From the NCBI RefSeq assembly GCF_000315625.1, contig NW_005434576.1:208836-251558 (forward strand): a stretch of 42,723 bases of DNA, given 5' to 3'. Shown here piece by piece: positions 1-18,299 of the stretch (position 1 is the first letter of the stretch; every line of letters begins with the position of its first letter). Both the position numbers and the translations under genes were made by a program. The notes under the pieces were generated by a model that was given only the letters and a program-made list of their open reading frames with translations, did not search any database and was not told the DNA's origin. The DNA is from Guillardia theta CCMP2712. Lineage: Eukaryota; Protista; Cryptophyta.

Positions 1-81
1 GGGGAGGGGAGGGGGAGAGAGGTGGAGAGGGGAGGGGAGGAGGGAGGAGGGGAGGGCAGCGGAGGAGAGGAGCGCAGGTAC

Positions 82-3000
82 CATCGAAGTCTTGAGGAGC
101 ATGAAGGCTCCTGTCCCAGCCCCGCACTCCAGCGCGTGCGAGAAACACTCGGCGACAACGGTGGAGGGGGAGAGGCCGAAGACGCTCCGGTCGACCTTGC
201 GCTTGCAGCAGTCGCTGGCAAAGCAGACCAGCTGGCCGCAGGTCAGGCAGAGGGCTGGGCGATGAGGGACTGACGGCTCGAGCTCGCTGAACTCGTTGGA
301 GCAACCAAGGCACTTCTGGTCCCTGTAGCGCATGTAGAGATCATGGTAGAGGTCGGGGAGGGGGATCATGAGCGGCATCCCCATCTCCTGCGGTACTGGC
401 CATGCTTGCAGCGTACTGGAGGACGAGGAGGAGGAGGAGGAGGAGGAGGACAGGAAGGCGACCAGGTCCTGCATCCACTGGCCAACGAGCTGCTCCGTGA
501 GGGAGTAGAGGAGAGGGAACATGGTCCCCTGCTGCAAGGGGAGGTGAAGACTTTCCAGCAGGTTCTTGACGTCTGTCTCGGCGTTGAAGTCCTTGGGGAG
601 CAGCGGATCGCCGAAGTATAGACAGTGGAGGAGATGAGCGCTGCGGAGGAGGGGGAGGGAGGAGTCGATGTAGAAGTCTCGGAACCCTGGCCCGTGGATC
701 CTGTTCTCCTCCTCCCCGGAGAGGAAGTGGAGCCTCCGGCCCTCCCGCTCGCCCCCGCTGCGCATCTCGGCGAAGATCCTGTCCAGCCCCAGCTGGCAGT
801 GGAGCTGGTACACGAGCTGAAGGATGTGGCACTGGGACTCGTCGGTCATGTCAGACTCGCTCTGGAGCTCGTGTGGAGGGTTCTTGAAGAGGTAGGAGAG
901 GCTGACCTGAACGACATGCGCGCTGAAGATCAGGTGGAGGATCGCCAGGTGCTGCTCCAACTCCTCCACGTTCAGCGAGTAGTACACCTGCAGCAGCACC
1001 GAGAACATGTGCAGAGACAGGAAGGGGGCGTCCTGGGGCCCAGCTGCTGCTGCTGCTGCTGCCGCCGCCGCCGCCGCCCCTGCGGCAGCTCCGTCGGCTG
1101 CTGGAGAGCTCTGCAAGCCAAATAGACGGAGGAAGGGCTCGTCCAGGCTCCTCCTCCTCCTCCTCGCCTGCTCATGTCGCGCGAGCACATGAATCTCCCG
1201 CAGGTTGTGCAGCGCCTTCCCCACCGCCGGCAGCTTCTGACTCGCTGCTCCTCCCTGCCCGCTGAAGAACTCTCTCGAGTTTAGCTCCATACAGCAGATG
1301 GTCGTCCCCAGCCCCTTGATCAGGTTCCCCAGCGCCCCGCTCTCCCCGTGCCCGCTCGACGCGCTGCCCACGTCCTTGACCACCTCAAGGCGCTCCAGGA
1401 AGGAGGAGATGGATTGCGCTAGCAGGGCCCCGTGCTCGAGCTGGACGGGGGAGAGGACGCGCTTCTTGAGGTGGAGCAGGGAGAACTTCTCCCTCCCGTC
1501 CCTCTTGTACCCCTCGACGATCGTGTTGATCAGACTCGGCATCGCTTGCTGCACTTGCTCGTTGCTGTCGTTCCTGTGCCGGGACGGGATGAGCGGCACC
1601 AGCGCGTTCGCCATCTGACGGCAGAGGGGGCAGAAGAAGTTGCCGTTCTTCGCCTCCTGGTAGCCCAAATTCGTCCTAGTGAGCAGGGAAGCGTTCTTCT
1701 CGGGGTGGGAGAGGCTGTCGAGGTAGCTGTTGAAGCACGACACGTGTATGTAGTGGCCGCAGGACTGGAAGAAAAGATTGGGGCTGCTGTGTACCTGCAT
1801 GTTCGTTGCTACCTCCGCTCCTCCTCCTTGCAGCCGCCCGCCGAAGAATTTTTCCCGCGCCCTCCTGTGGTGCTTGGCAAATACGTTGGAGTTTTCCATG
1901 AAGCAGACCAGCCCGACGGGCTCGCTGGTGGAGGGGCTGGCGTACAGCGAGCAGATCACGCACTTGACCTTGTCGTCTTCGTTGTCCTCCTCCTCCGAGT
2001 CCGACACGATCGGCATCGCAGCTGCAAACATCTTCTGCTGCTCCGCAAAGCTCTTAAGCAGGGCAGCCTGACGCTCCTTGGCCTGCTGCAGCGAAACCTT
2101 GGACGGGGAGCCTGAAGCTCCCCGTTCCGCCGCCGCCTGCTGCTGCTGCTGCTGCTGCTCCAACTGCTCTCCCCCCCCGTCAGCCTTTGTAAGACTCCTG
2201 TACAGGGATAGGACGTTGGAGACTGAGGGGTGCGTGTCTTGCCCGAGGTCAGTCTTCTGGAGCTCGCAGAGGAGGGTGTAGATGCTGTATTCACACTCCT
2301 CCTCCTTGCTCTCCTCATGCGCCTCCTCGTCTCGAATTTTGACTGAGATGACCTTGTCAAAATTCTCGAGGAAGTCATGCCGATGGAACACGCAGCCCCA
2401 GTCCTGCAACAGTGCACCACCCGCCTCCTCCTCCACCTCCCGCAGCCCTTCCTGCCTCTGCTCCAGCTGATGCTCGAGAGCAGCTTGGATGAGCCAGAGC
2501 GTCATGTTGACTTGAATGGACGTCGAGTAGACGCTTCTTTGCCTGACTGCCCTCAGCAGCACCCGGTGCAGGACGTGATGGAGGACTGGGGAATGCAGCA
2601 GCCGGTAGATCCCTTTGAACGTGTCGGGCAGGTGCATCAGCAGTTTGCGCTTTTCGCCATGAGCTGGCTGGTCGCTGGGGGTTCGACTCTTCTCGTCCAT
2701 CTTGGCCTGCTCCAGCGCTGCCTCGTAGTCGCCATGGTTGAAGCTGCGGACGAGCACGTGGACGAGGAAGGAGTCGTAGCGGAAGGAGTCGTCAACCTTG
2801 AGACGGTACTTACCCTGCTCCATCTTCTCTGACTTCGGCTCCTCGTAGTGAGACGCCTGTCGGTGAAGTGAGTAGTGCAGTAGGGGAGGATGCGCAGGAT
2901 AAGGGAAGGGAGGAGAGGACAGAGACGGGGGAAGAAGGAGAGGTGAGTGAGGAGGAAGAGGGATCAGATTGCTAGCCATGTTGCTGGGGAGTAGCAAGGG

Positions 3001-5750
3001 GATCACGAAAGACGAGGAGCGAAGGAAGAGCTGGCAAGTCAGAGAGAAGAGGAGAGAAGGGAGGAGGGATGAAAGGACAGCAGACGATGAGGAGGAGCAG
3101 GAGGAAGGGCGGAAGGCGGGGGGGGGGGGGGGGGTGGCAAGAGGGCACAAGTGGCACAGTCGTCCACCTGGTTCAGCACGGATTCAAAGTCTTCATGCTC
3201 GTGCCACCTCCGACAGATGGAGTCTGTCAGCTGGCTGTGCGAGTGCGGCTTCACGCACAGACGGGCCGTGATCTCCTGGTGGATGCAGTCGCGGTCCGAC
3301 AGGCCCAGCCTCGCCCTCTCGGACAAGATCGCTGCGATGATGATGAGGCAGTCCTCGGAGATCGACGTGCTGGCTGAGACTGGGATGTCCATCATGTCCT
3401 CATCCTCGTCCTCGTCCTCGTCCTCGTCCTCCCTCCTGGGATCCTTGAAACCGAAGTACTCCATCAGCCCGAAACGATCCAGGATGATGGCGAGCAGCTC
3501 GTCGGGGTCAGTGAGTGCGGCCGAGCACTGAAGGATGAAGAGGTCGAGGTCGAAGCCGAGGTCGTAGAAGTAGTTCGATCTGTAGATCCATCCTCTCCTG
3601 TGCATGTTCTCCCCGTTCCATCGCCACATACCAGCTCGGATCTGAGCCAGCAGGACCTGGAGGGAAGCAAGAGTCGACAGGTGAGCTGAGAAATGAGGGG
3701 GAACGACTGGAACACACCTGAATGCGCAGCGGGTGCTCTATGAACTTGCTCATGAAGCTGTTCAGGTCCTCGATGTCCAGCACCTCCCTCAGGGGACGAT
3801 CGGAATATCGACAGATCTGCCCCGATGACGTCAGCACAGGGCCCAAGGGACTCGCCACACCCACCTGGGACACGAAGAACGCGACGAAGCGATGGATGGG
3901 GATGTGGAAGGAGACGGCCTCCTTGGACACGTCGAACATCATCGGGAATTTGTAGTTAGCATCCCCGACCTCGCTCTCCATGAACCACAGCTTGCATGCC
4001 TGCACACCAGCCTTGAGAGTCGCCCTCAGCGACCTCAGCATCTTCTCCCGGTCGATGCCGTCCTGCGACGGATCGTCCGTCATGTCTTCCTGGGCCATCA
4101 GGTCTTTGACTCCCGTGTCGATAAGGCTCAGTTGCTCCATCACGAGCTCGAGCTCGATGAAGAACGGGCTGGTCCACGCTCGAGACTCTTGCTCCACCAG
4201 CACGTTCACCTGAAGTCCGTTAGTCGCCTCCCCCTTGCAACTCGCACGCGCGGCAGACAGACCGATCGGAAGTGAAGGTCGATGCTCTGAAACTGCTTCG
4301 TGACGTCCAGCCATTCGTTGATGAGGTGCTCGTTCTGCAAGAACTCCAAGACGACGCTCCTGTGCGACAGGATATTGACAAGGTCGTTGGTGATGGGCCA
4401 ATAGGTGCGTTTGGTCCAGATGTCATGCTCGCAGTCGATCGTCTCCCCCTTCAAGACGTTCTTCTGCTCATCGACCAGGTAGAGGATGTTCTGGAATAGA
4501 GTACTGAGCAGTGACTCCTCTTGGATCATCTGGATCGTAAGGATCGAGTTGCTGAAAAGTTGGACGCTGATGTCAACCATCCTCGTAGGTATCTCCTTCT
4601 TGTCATTGGGGAGCTCCCTTGTGTGCTTCAAGATCGTGTACATGAACCGTTTGTACAGCTTGATGAAGATTCGGGTGAATCGCTGCTTGAAGTCGAAATC
4701 GAACAGCATCTGGAGGAACAGGGTCGACATCTCAACTGACAGGTAAGACCCGGTGAGAACGAGAGATTCCAGGATAGAAAGAGGAAAGCTGTGATCAGGC
4801 TCGTTTGTGAGATGGAAAAATACAGTCTTGGTGTCTTGGGAGATGAAAAAGTCGTAGTTCCTGCCAGTCTGGCAGTTGAAGAACTGCTGAACTAGACCGC
4901 TCCTCGACCCCGTGTGCCCCCCCGGCGCTCTCAGCTCTCGGTTGCTATCACTTCGTCCTGCCATGTCACCGTCGCAGCTCACACCCTCCATCGGCGAGTC
5001 CGAGGCCCGCAAGTTCGGGTTGATCAAACCGATGTCTTCAAGGGCAGCTGCGCACACGATTCTGCGGTAGACGTTGCCAGTACGGCAGAGGTTCTGAACG
5101 AAGTGGAACATCTCCCTGCACGTCTGCGGGAGGGGCTGCCGGTAGCTCTCTATCGGATCCTTCCTCCAGAAGTCGTGGCTCTCCGCCATCCGGTTCGCCA
5201 GGTACTGGAGGAGGACTTTGAGGACATGGTACGCGCTCCTTACCTCGTCTGTTGGCATCGGGATGTGGAACGGCATGGCAGGTCCCGTGTGCATGGAGCA
5301 GAACCCCGTCGATTTCCAGGCCCCTGGGTCTCCACAGTCGCAGCAGCCGCCAGCGACTGACCTGTACATTAGGAAGTTATGGTTTCTGTGCGCACCCTTC
5401 TCGAAGCACTCATGGCAGATCGCCGAGCAAGGGCTCATGCCGCATGTCCTGCAGCGGTAGGCAACGTAGCCCTTGCCCCAGATCCTTCCGCACACGTTCG
5501 ACTTGGCGCCATAGCACATCTGAACGCGCTCGACATACTCGTCGGGCGTCTCGTTGTCAGCAGGGGAAGTGATCAACCATGGTATCCACTGCATCACGTC
5601 TGTGAGGTCGGAGGATGCGACCTCTCTCTCGTGCTCTCTTGACAGCAGAGCATGGGTGAATGACTCCAATGATTCTATACTCTTGCGAAGCTCCTGTCCA
5701 GCCTTGTCCGGGCCCAGCTCGACGAGCCTGCCGAACTCTTGAAGCCGCAT
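82..5750 (-). CDS. UBR3: UBR-box/RING-H2 E3 ubiquitin ligase, UBR3-like, multi-exon; 3' end continues off the left edge
   Basis: UBR box (VCGRIWGKGYVAYRCRTCGMSPCSAICHECF...GGCCDCGD...FCSMH); UBR3-type motifs DISVQLFSN and YWPITNDLVNILSH; HPLRIQ|VLLAQIRAGMWRWNG; split RING CVIC...SCGHYIHVSC...FFCPLCRQMANALVP; C-terminal CGAGTGAFMLLKTSM. GT-AG introns at about 4262-4210 and 3167-2857, two more between 3860 and 3657, and a donor at 81. The long exon 2856..82 is absent from the ORF track, probably because its frame has no stop inside the window. Confidence 0.92.
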
Positions 5751-5967
5751 TCCGTGTGCTGACTACGTTACCATGGCCTGAAAGCTAAGGTATCATCAGT
5801 CAGAACGGGAATAAAGAACAGCATCATGTAGATATGGACCATCTAGCTGAGTTCATGTCGCACACAAGAGCAGGCGAACAATCAATTTTAGGGATGCAAG
5901 TGTAAGGGAGGGAAAGAAGCGGAGAAGTCACCTCCTGCACCCGTCTCCCTCCCCACTCCCCTTTCCC

Positions 5968-6065
5968 CCCGATCTTCTTCACGTCCCTGCTCCTCCTCGA
6001 CATCATGATCTCCCCTTCCTCCCGATCTTCTTCACGTCCCTTCTCCTCCTCGACATCATGATCTC
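5968..6065. repeat. 45-bp direct repeat, 2 copies (5968-6012, 6021-6065), upstream of the UBR gene
   Basis: cccgatcttcttcacgtccct(g/t)ctcctcctcgacatcatgatctc occurs twice with one mismatch. Confidence 0.9.
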
Positions 6066-6130
6066 AGCTCCCGCCCGCCCGTCGCCTCCTCCCCTTCATC
6101 CCTCCCGCTGCCATGACAAGCGCATCCTTC

Positions 6131-6285
6131 CAAAAATATTGTTATATATTTGTATAAGCTTCTCATACGTAAATATCTACAAATATATAATTTGCAGGTA
6201 TCTATAAGTATTTATTATAGATAATATATTCATAAAAATAAATTTATTTCATAGGAAATTAGAAATGAAGTAATAATAATTGGTA
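6131..6285. promoter_or_regulatory. AT-rich patch, candidate core promoter/nucleosome-depleted region of the UBR gene
   Basis: Abrupt AT-rich stretch with several TATA-like words in otherwise GC-rich DNA, just 5' of the minus-strand gene. Confidence 0.45.
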
Positions 6286-6299
6286 CCACTGGAATCGTC

Positions 6300-7190
6300 T
6301 GTACTAGGCGTGACCGTACGGGTCTGCCGCACCCGGGCCGCGACAGCCCGGCCCGGCCACTGAGCCCCGGTGGCAGTGACTCGAAGCCTCCGACCGTCCA
6401 CTGGCAGGGCCCGGCCCGGGGCCGATCGGATCGGAAGTTAAGTTCACTGAGTCAATTGGATCGGACCCGGCGTGAGAGAATTCGGAAATCGGAAGTGCCA
6501 GAAACCGTTTCCGCTGCAGTGCCAACGGCCGCGGCACCGGGCTTGGCACGGTACTCCGTACGACTCGCCGAGTCCGATCGGATGATTGCCGGGCTCGGTG
6601 AGATGCCAATCATTCGTCGCTGTAACAGTACGGTACGGTCGGGGGCCTGATCAAACTCTGGCACGACTTCTTTGGTTTCCTCAGTACGGTCTCACTAACG
6701 TTTAGAGCCTGTCTTACTAAGGGATCAGGACTCGGCGGATGGTACGGTAACAGGGCCGTACTAGGCTAGTAGTCACGCCGCCGGGCGGCCCCGGCGCCCC
6801 CGGGGCACTCACTGGCACCGGGTGACCGTACTGGCACTGGCCCTGCGGCAGCCCGGCCGGGCTGGCCGCTCGGAGCGGGCCCGGGGGCCGCTCAGCGGCC
6901 AGTGCCGCGGCGCAGTGGGGCCGGGCCGCCGCGCGGCCCCGGTGACTGACTCACCGTCAGTCCGGGGGCCTGCCAGGCTGACGGTGACCTGCAGGCTGAC
7001 TCGGCGTTGGACTCCGGTGACCGCCGCGCCGCGCGGCGCCCGGGCTGCGCCGCTGCCAGCGGCTGTACTGAGTACCTTGAGTAGTAAAGCCTGCCGATGA
7101 GGCTCAACGGGCCGTCACGGTACGGAGTACGGTACGGTCAGGGCGGCAGTGAGGCCCCCGGGCCCGCCGGGCCGCTCCGCCCGGTGGCAC
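6300..7190. promoter_or_regulatory. GC-rich palindrome-word island 1 (between divergent UBR and PH paralog 1)
   Basis: Dense CCGG, GGGCCC, CCCGGG, CGTACG/GTACGG, CGATCG, TGAGTCA/TGACTC, CAGTGA and TGCCA words; ORFs here are low-complexity noise. Confidence 0.55.
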
Positions 7191-7360
7191 CCTGTTAAAG
7201 GGGCGTGACAGCGGGGGTGGTTGAAGGGGAGAGGTGGACTGAGGTGATGACAACGGCTGGTCAATCTCCCGGTAGTGTGTAGCGGGAGACTGAGACTCAA
7301 TCGCTGACCGAGGGCTCACCCATGTGAAGTCGGAGGACCGGAGTTATCACGGGGCCACTA
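7190..7360. promoter_or_regulatory. G-run (GGGGT/GAGGT) block upstream of PH paralog 1
   Basis: gcgggggtggttgaaggggagaggtggactgaggtg...; weaker than the blocks at 21770 and 35305. Confidence 0.3.
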
Positions 7361-7662
7361 GTAGGACCAACTATGTAGTAAACTTACTGCCTTTTCCATG
7401 GTGCTATTACATCTCTGGGGCAAGCTTGTCTGAAGGGAGCGAATTTTTTAAAAAGTAGTAGTATTTTCTCCTGCACCAGTGGAGGGCAATGTCAGCAAAC
7501 TCTTGGGAGACGCAAGAAGAGGGCGGGAGGGAGGACGGTATATATAGCGATGGGAAGGGCAATCGAGAGCACCTGCAGCCACATTGCTCCAAAGATCTTC
7601 AAGACAACAACTTGCAGAAGTAAACCCATCGCAATCAGAAGAGAATCTCCAACACTGAAGAA

Positions 7663-8622
7663 ATGATGAAGAACATGTCCAGGACGAGCAATCTTCGTGA
7701 AAACCACCTATATCAACTCATTTGTGAAAAGCGCAAAGAACAAAACAGTCTTGCTGAGAACACGTCAACAACACTCTTTAATGCCATTGTTGCCGACGAA
7801 GTAGACGAAGACGACATAGTCGTCAACGAAAAGAAGACTGGCTTCCCCCCCACCGTCAGGCTCTCTTCCCTTCGCCCGCTTATCACTCGATCTCAGTCGT
7901 CTCAAAACTCAAGCCTCGACTCCTCCTCCCTCTCTTCTGAGCCCCAGGACGACACCGAGCTCCTTCGATCCCGCATCCAGGCCGTCTTCCTCACCTACCG
8001 GTCTCCCAACACTACCCCCAAGCAGTACGTCAGCCATGCTCAGCTCCTCGAGTCCTTCAAGGACCTCGCCGATACTGTCAGCGGCCCCAACGCCTTCAGC
8101 GTCGCCTCCACCTCCTGCTCCTGCCATCGCCCTCACTCTCACTCCCCCAGCTTCCCGTCAACCAGCAGCATCCCGTCGGGCGAGCACGGGTCGGCCAAGA
8201 ACAAGCCCCGCCCGGTGCACAACACGGCTGCGAGGGCTCAGGGGAGGTGCGAGTGCGAGGGAGTGCACGGGGTGGTGGAGATGCGGAGCAAGAGAGGCTC
8301 GCGGCCCCCGGAGAAGGTCAGGTGCTCCATCCAGTCCAGCTCGGGCAAGATGATCCTCTCCATCTTCGGCGGCAGCGACTACGGGACGGAGGTAGGCTTC
8401 ATCCGGCTGGAGGAGTCGTACGTGGCGACGTACGGGGAGAAGCCTCTGACGTTTGCGGTGGGGCTGAGGTCGAGGAGGGAGTGCTTCGAGGAGAGCGAGA
8501 TCCACTTCTCTTGCCACACGAGCGTGTCGCGAGACAAGTGGGTGGGGGCGCTGATCCAGGGAGGGAGCAAGAGCAGGAGGATGCTTTCAAGCCTCCCTGC
8601 AGAGATCGTGGGCGACGAGTGA
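7663..8622 (+). CDS. Degenerate EF-hand-like + PH-domain protein, paralog 1
   Basis: 319-aa intronless ORF; IQAVFLTYRSPNTTPKQYVSHAQLLESFKDL (helix-loop-helix pattern); PH pattern HGVVEMRSKRG...ILSIF...VGFIRLEESYV...FAV...IHFSCHTSVSRDKWVGAL; start codon uncertain. Confidence 0.8.
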   Translation: MMKNMSRTSNLRENHLYQLICEKRKEQNSLAENTSTTLFNAIVADEVDEDDIVVNEKKTGFPPTVRLSSLRPLITRSQSSQNSSLDSSSLSSEPQDDTELLRSRIQAVFLTYRSPNTTPKQYVSHAQLLESFKDLADTVSGPNAFSVASTSCSCHRPHSHSPSFPSTSSIPSGEHGSAKNKPRPVHNTAARAQGRCECEGVHGVVEMRSKRGSRPPEKVRCSIQSSSGKMILSIFGGSDYGTEVGFIRLEESYVATYGEKPLTFAVGLRSRRECFEESEIHFSCHTSVSRDKWVGALIQGGSKSRRMLSSLPAEIVGDE

Positions 8623-8744
8623 AATGAAAACATTTTATGTAGATAAACAATAAGAGATATTCCCTCTTGATATTCCTGCTGAATGTAAGACTTTTGTGAA
8701 AGGTATGAAGACTCCCTCGCCTGCTGCGGAGCCAATCCGTCGAT

Positions 8745-9340
8745 TACTCGGACTGGGGCCCCTGTTGGACCGTCAGTTGACTGTCCAACCATTCACTAAT
8801 CGGATCGGCCCGTCGGCCCGTACCGTCCGTACCGGCCGGCGTACGGCCCGGGAAGTTGTCACCGTCGAGTCGTCACCCGGCCCGGCCCCCCGTGTGACCC
8901 GGTGACCGTCAGACAGGCCGCGGCTCGGCGGCGCCGCGGCCCGGCCCGCCGGGATCCAGCGCGGGGTCATTGGATTCACGGGACCCCCCCGCGCCGCGCG
9001 TCTCAGGGTGCCGGTGGCTGGCACTGGCACTGAGTCAGTGGCCGCCCGGCCGGGCGTGCCCCGGCGGCCCGGCCAACTTGGGCTGGCAAAGCCCAAGTTA
9101 ACGCACCGCCGGTGGCGGCGCCCGGACTCCGACACTGCTACCGTGCCCCCGGTGCCAGGCTGCCTGCGACCATGCCATGATGAGCGGCCCGGCGGCCCGG
9201 CCCGAGTCACGAGTCAGGCACGCTGACTCAGTGCCACGGCCCGGCCCACTGGCACCGTCACCCCGACCGTACTCGGACGGTCCGATCCCGAGTCCGGCCG
9301 GACGAGAGTAATAACGGTCATAACGATCGCAATTGGTGAC
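8745..9340. promoter_or_regulatory. GC-rich palindrome-word island 2 (5' of the thioredoxin-like/coiled-coil gene)
   Basis: Same vocabulary: cggatcggcc, cgtaccgtccgtaccggccggcgtacgg, actggcactgagtcagt, aagttaac. Confidence 0.55.
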
Positions 9341-9399
9341 GAAGTCGTGAATGCCAGACAGGAGGTAAGGGAGAGAGCTGGAAGATCAGGGGAGGGAGA

Positions 9400-9455
9400 G
9401 GAGGGAGGAGGGAGGAGGGAGGAGGGAGGAGGGAGGAGGGAGGAGGGAGGAGGGA
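9400..9455. repeat. (GGAGGGA)n heptamer microsatellite, intronic
   Basis: Seen directly; the same unit recurs at 40504-40558. Confidence 0.85.
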
Positions 9456-9799
9456 GAAGGATACAGCAAGGAGAAGAGAGCTGATAGCAGGGAGAAGAAC
9501 TCGATGAAGGAGTTAGACAAAGAGGCCAAAGAGCAGCAGGAGCAGGAAGCAGAAGCTAATGACGATTGAAGACACAGGTGGTAATAGTGGATAAGGTGCT
9601 GTCGTTCAGAATGAAAGCAGGAAACAGGCGCAGGGCAGGGAAGGGGGGGGGGAGAGAGCATGTGGCAAGATCAGGCTAAAATTGGAGGAGCGGAAGCTGG
9701 AGAGCACGAGGGTGGGTGTACATGTGGCTTCGTGAATGTTTTGTTCTTAGCAGGATCAGCAGCGGAAGGTGAGCGTGCTGGTTGCCGGTGAGCAGGAGC

Positions 9800-15904
<6,105 letters not shown>

Positions 15905-16083
15905 GTCAGCAGGGGAGAAGGACAAGGACGTGGGAGGGAGGAGAGGAAGGGAGGGGGAGGGAGGGGGAGGGAGGAGTCTGGTTTTTCACATGCGAGTACA
16001 CATACAGCATTAACCTTGTCATCCTCCTGGTCGTCCTCCCTCCTGTCTGCGCTCTTCGTACATCACTTGACTCTAGCCTCTGC

Positions 16084-18016
16084 TCAAGTCTTGACCACCT
16101 GGTCCCCTCGTGCTACGTCTTTGCTGCTGGTGGCATGGTGGTGGTGCTGTTGCTCTTCTGCCCCCTCCACCTCCACCACCTCCTCGTCTTGCAGCGCCTT
16201 TCGCTCTGCATCCCGCATCTGAATAGCTGGAGGAGGACAAGCAAGTAGCAGCAGCAGCTTTTCATTCTTCCATCTTCCTCCACGTCCTCGCGCTTCCTCG
16301 AGTCTGATCATCTCTGGTAGTGGGTGAAGGTGAGGGGGGGACCGGGCGGCATCGCAGCAGAGAACTGAAGATGATGAGCAGGAGCAGGGGCAGGAGCAGG
16401 AGCAGGAGGAAGCACTTGCTGGTGGTACAGATTCCCATCATGACTTCTGAAGAGGATGGGAACGCCTGCTGCTGCTGTTGCTGCTGCTGCAGTCCCTGGC
16501 ATCGAAGAATACAGCTGCAAACCCTGTAGAGAACGGGGAAGAGGAAGAGGGAGGGAAGGGAGGGAAGGGCAGGGAAGGGCAGGGAAGGGCAGGGAGGAAA
16601 GGGAGGAAAGGGAGGGAAGGAGGAGAGGGGACAGGGTGAGGATACACGAAAGGAATAGACAAAATGCAAACAAGAGGAGGGAAAAGAACCAAGGATGGGA
16701 AAGGAGGTGAAAAGGGAGAAAACGAATAGGATAATGAAGAGGAGAGGAGAGGAGAGGAGAGGAGAGGAGAGGAGAGGAGAGGAGAGGAGAGGAGAGGAGG
16801 ATGGGGGGGGCAAGGAAAAGAGATTACCGTCAGCATCAGTAGTGCGGCAGGCTCAATCACCTGATCAGGAGAAAGGGAGGCCAACACAGGGTGAGCGTGC
16901 GGCTGCGAGAGCGAGGATACATGAATGGGAGGGAAGCGCATGACGTCCAAGTGAAGAGGAGGAGACGGAGAGATGAGATGCTGGTTGACCGCCTGCTCCC
17001 TCCTCTCTGCTTCCCTTCTCTCTGCCTCCCTCCTCTCTTCCTCCCTTCTCTCTGCCTCCCTCCTCTCTTCCTCCCTCCTCTCTTCCTCCCTCCTCTCTTC
17101 CTCCCTCCTTTTTCGCCTCTTTCCAGTCTTCTTGTCTCGCCGGGAAGATCACCCTTGCCAACCTTGGCTCACTCCAGAGACTTTTCTCCTCCTCTCGATC
17201 GAAACTCAGGAAATCGCGGGAAGGCAAATCAGTGAGTCGGGAGGAGACGTTGGCTTCCCTTGCCGCTCCTTCCTCCTCTCCTAGCCTCTCCTCTCCTCCT
17301 CTCCTCAAACTCGTCCTTTCCTTCTTAGCTGAACTCTCCTCACTCTCTCCTGCTGCTGAACGCACAACTGGCCCGGTGAAAGAATCTGCAGCAGCTCCTC
17401 GCAATCCTTCTCCTCCTCCTCGCAATCCTCCTCCTCCTCCTCCTCCTCCTTCTTCTTCTCCTGCACTTCCTCTCAACTTGAAGATCTGTTGGTTTCTTCT
17501 TCCTCCTACTGGCTCCTTCCCCTCCCCTGTTGCATCATCGCTGGTGCTCGCTCCCGCGTTCTCCTCCTCTGCCACTTTGTCCCCCTCCGAGGCATATCTG
17601 AACATCTTGAAGAGAACTGCTGACGTCACCACGACGATGAGCAGTGAAAGTACCACCTGCCCGACCCCCACCTCGTCCTCATTCTCGGAGGATGAACCCG
17701 AGGAGGAGGAGGAGGAGGAGGAGGAGGAGGAGGACAGAAATTTTCCACTAGTCACGTTGAAGGAGGAGAGAGAGAGTCTGCGGGGGGGTCGAGGTTGCCA
17801 CCATCGCTTCGGACGCTCCTCTTCAGTGAGAAAGAGCGGACGCTCTCCGTTGAGCACAGCTCGCTTCATCTCTGCCAAACGAGTCATGACAAACATGCAA
17901 TGTGTCCTAAACCCTCCCTCCCTTCCCTCCCCCTCCCCTCCCCCTCCCCCCTTCCTTCGCCTCTGTCCTGTCCTGTCCTGTCCTGTCCTGTCCTCGCCTC
18001 GCCTCGGGCTCATCGA

Positions 18017-18054
<38 letters not shown>

Positions 18055-18299
18055 CCTTTCCACCATCATCATCATCATCATCATCACCTTTCAACTGCTT
18101 CTCAATGTGTGCAAATGCCGCCTGTCAAACACAACTCAACCCTTATTATAGCATGTCGCTACAACATCAACCTCCACGATGATTGCCTGCCGTATAAGGT
18201 CATTTCTCCACAATCCACCTCCTCCTTCCCACCTGTTGCTCAGCCATTACTGTCCTCTGACCCACCGCCTTCCCTGCCATGAAGGCCAGGCTCGAGCAT
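16084..18299 (-). CDS. Hypothetical multi-exon protein with one predicted TM helix and a coding (GGREE)n repeat
   Basis: Spliceable exons MLEPWPSWQGR|WEGGGGLWRNDLIRQAIIVE|AAFAHIEKQLK|AEMKRAVLNGERP...; hydrophobic VGVGQVVLSLLIVVVTSAVLFKMF; 15-nt repeat at about 17000-17110; both ends uncertain; no family recognised. Confidence 0.5.
18017..18086. repeat. (CAT)n trinucleotide microsatellite, intronic
   Basis: Seen directly. Confidence 0.9.

Noticed and set aside
4770-4830. LTNEPDHSF resembling the ClpS-like motif of UBR1/2
   Set aside because: Too short, wrong position, and the surrounding motifs are UBR3-like
22-5742. Many plus-strand ORFs over the UBR gene
   Set aside because: Antisense shadows of a GC3-rich coding sequence; no recognisable motifs
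6304-7319. Arg/Gly/Pro/Ala-rich ORFs in the GC islands (also near 8773, 23096, 36064, 39867)
   Set aside because: Stop-poor by composition, overlapping in all frames, no domain signal
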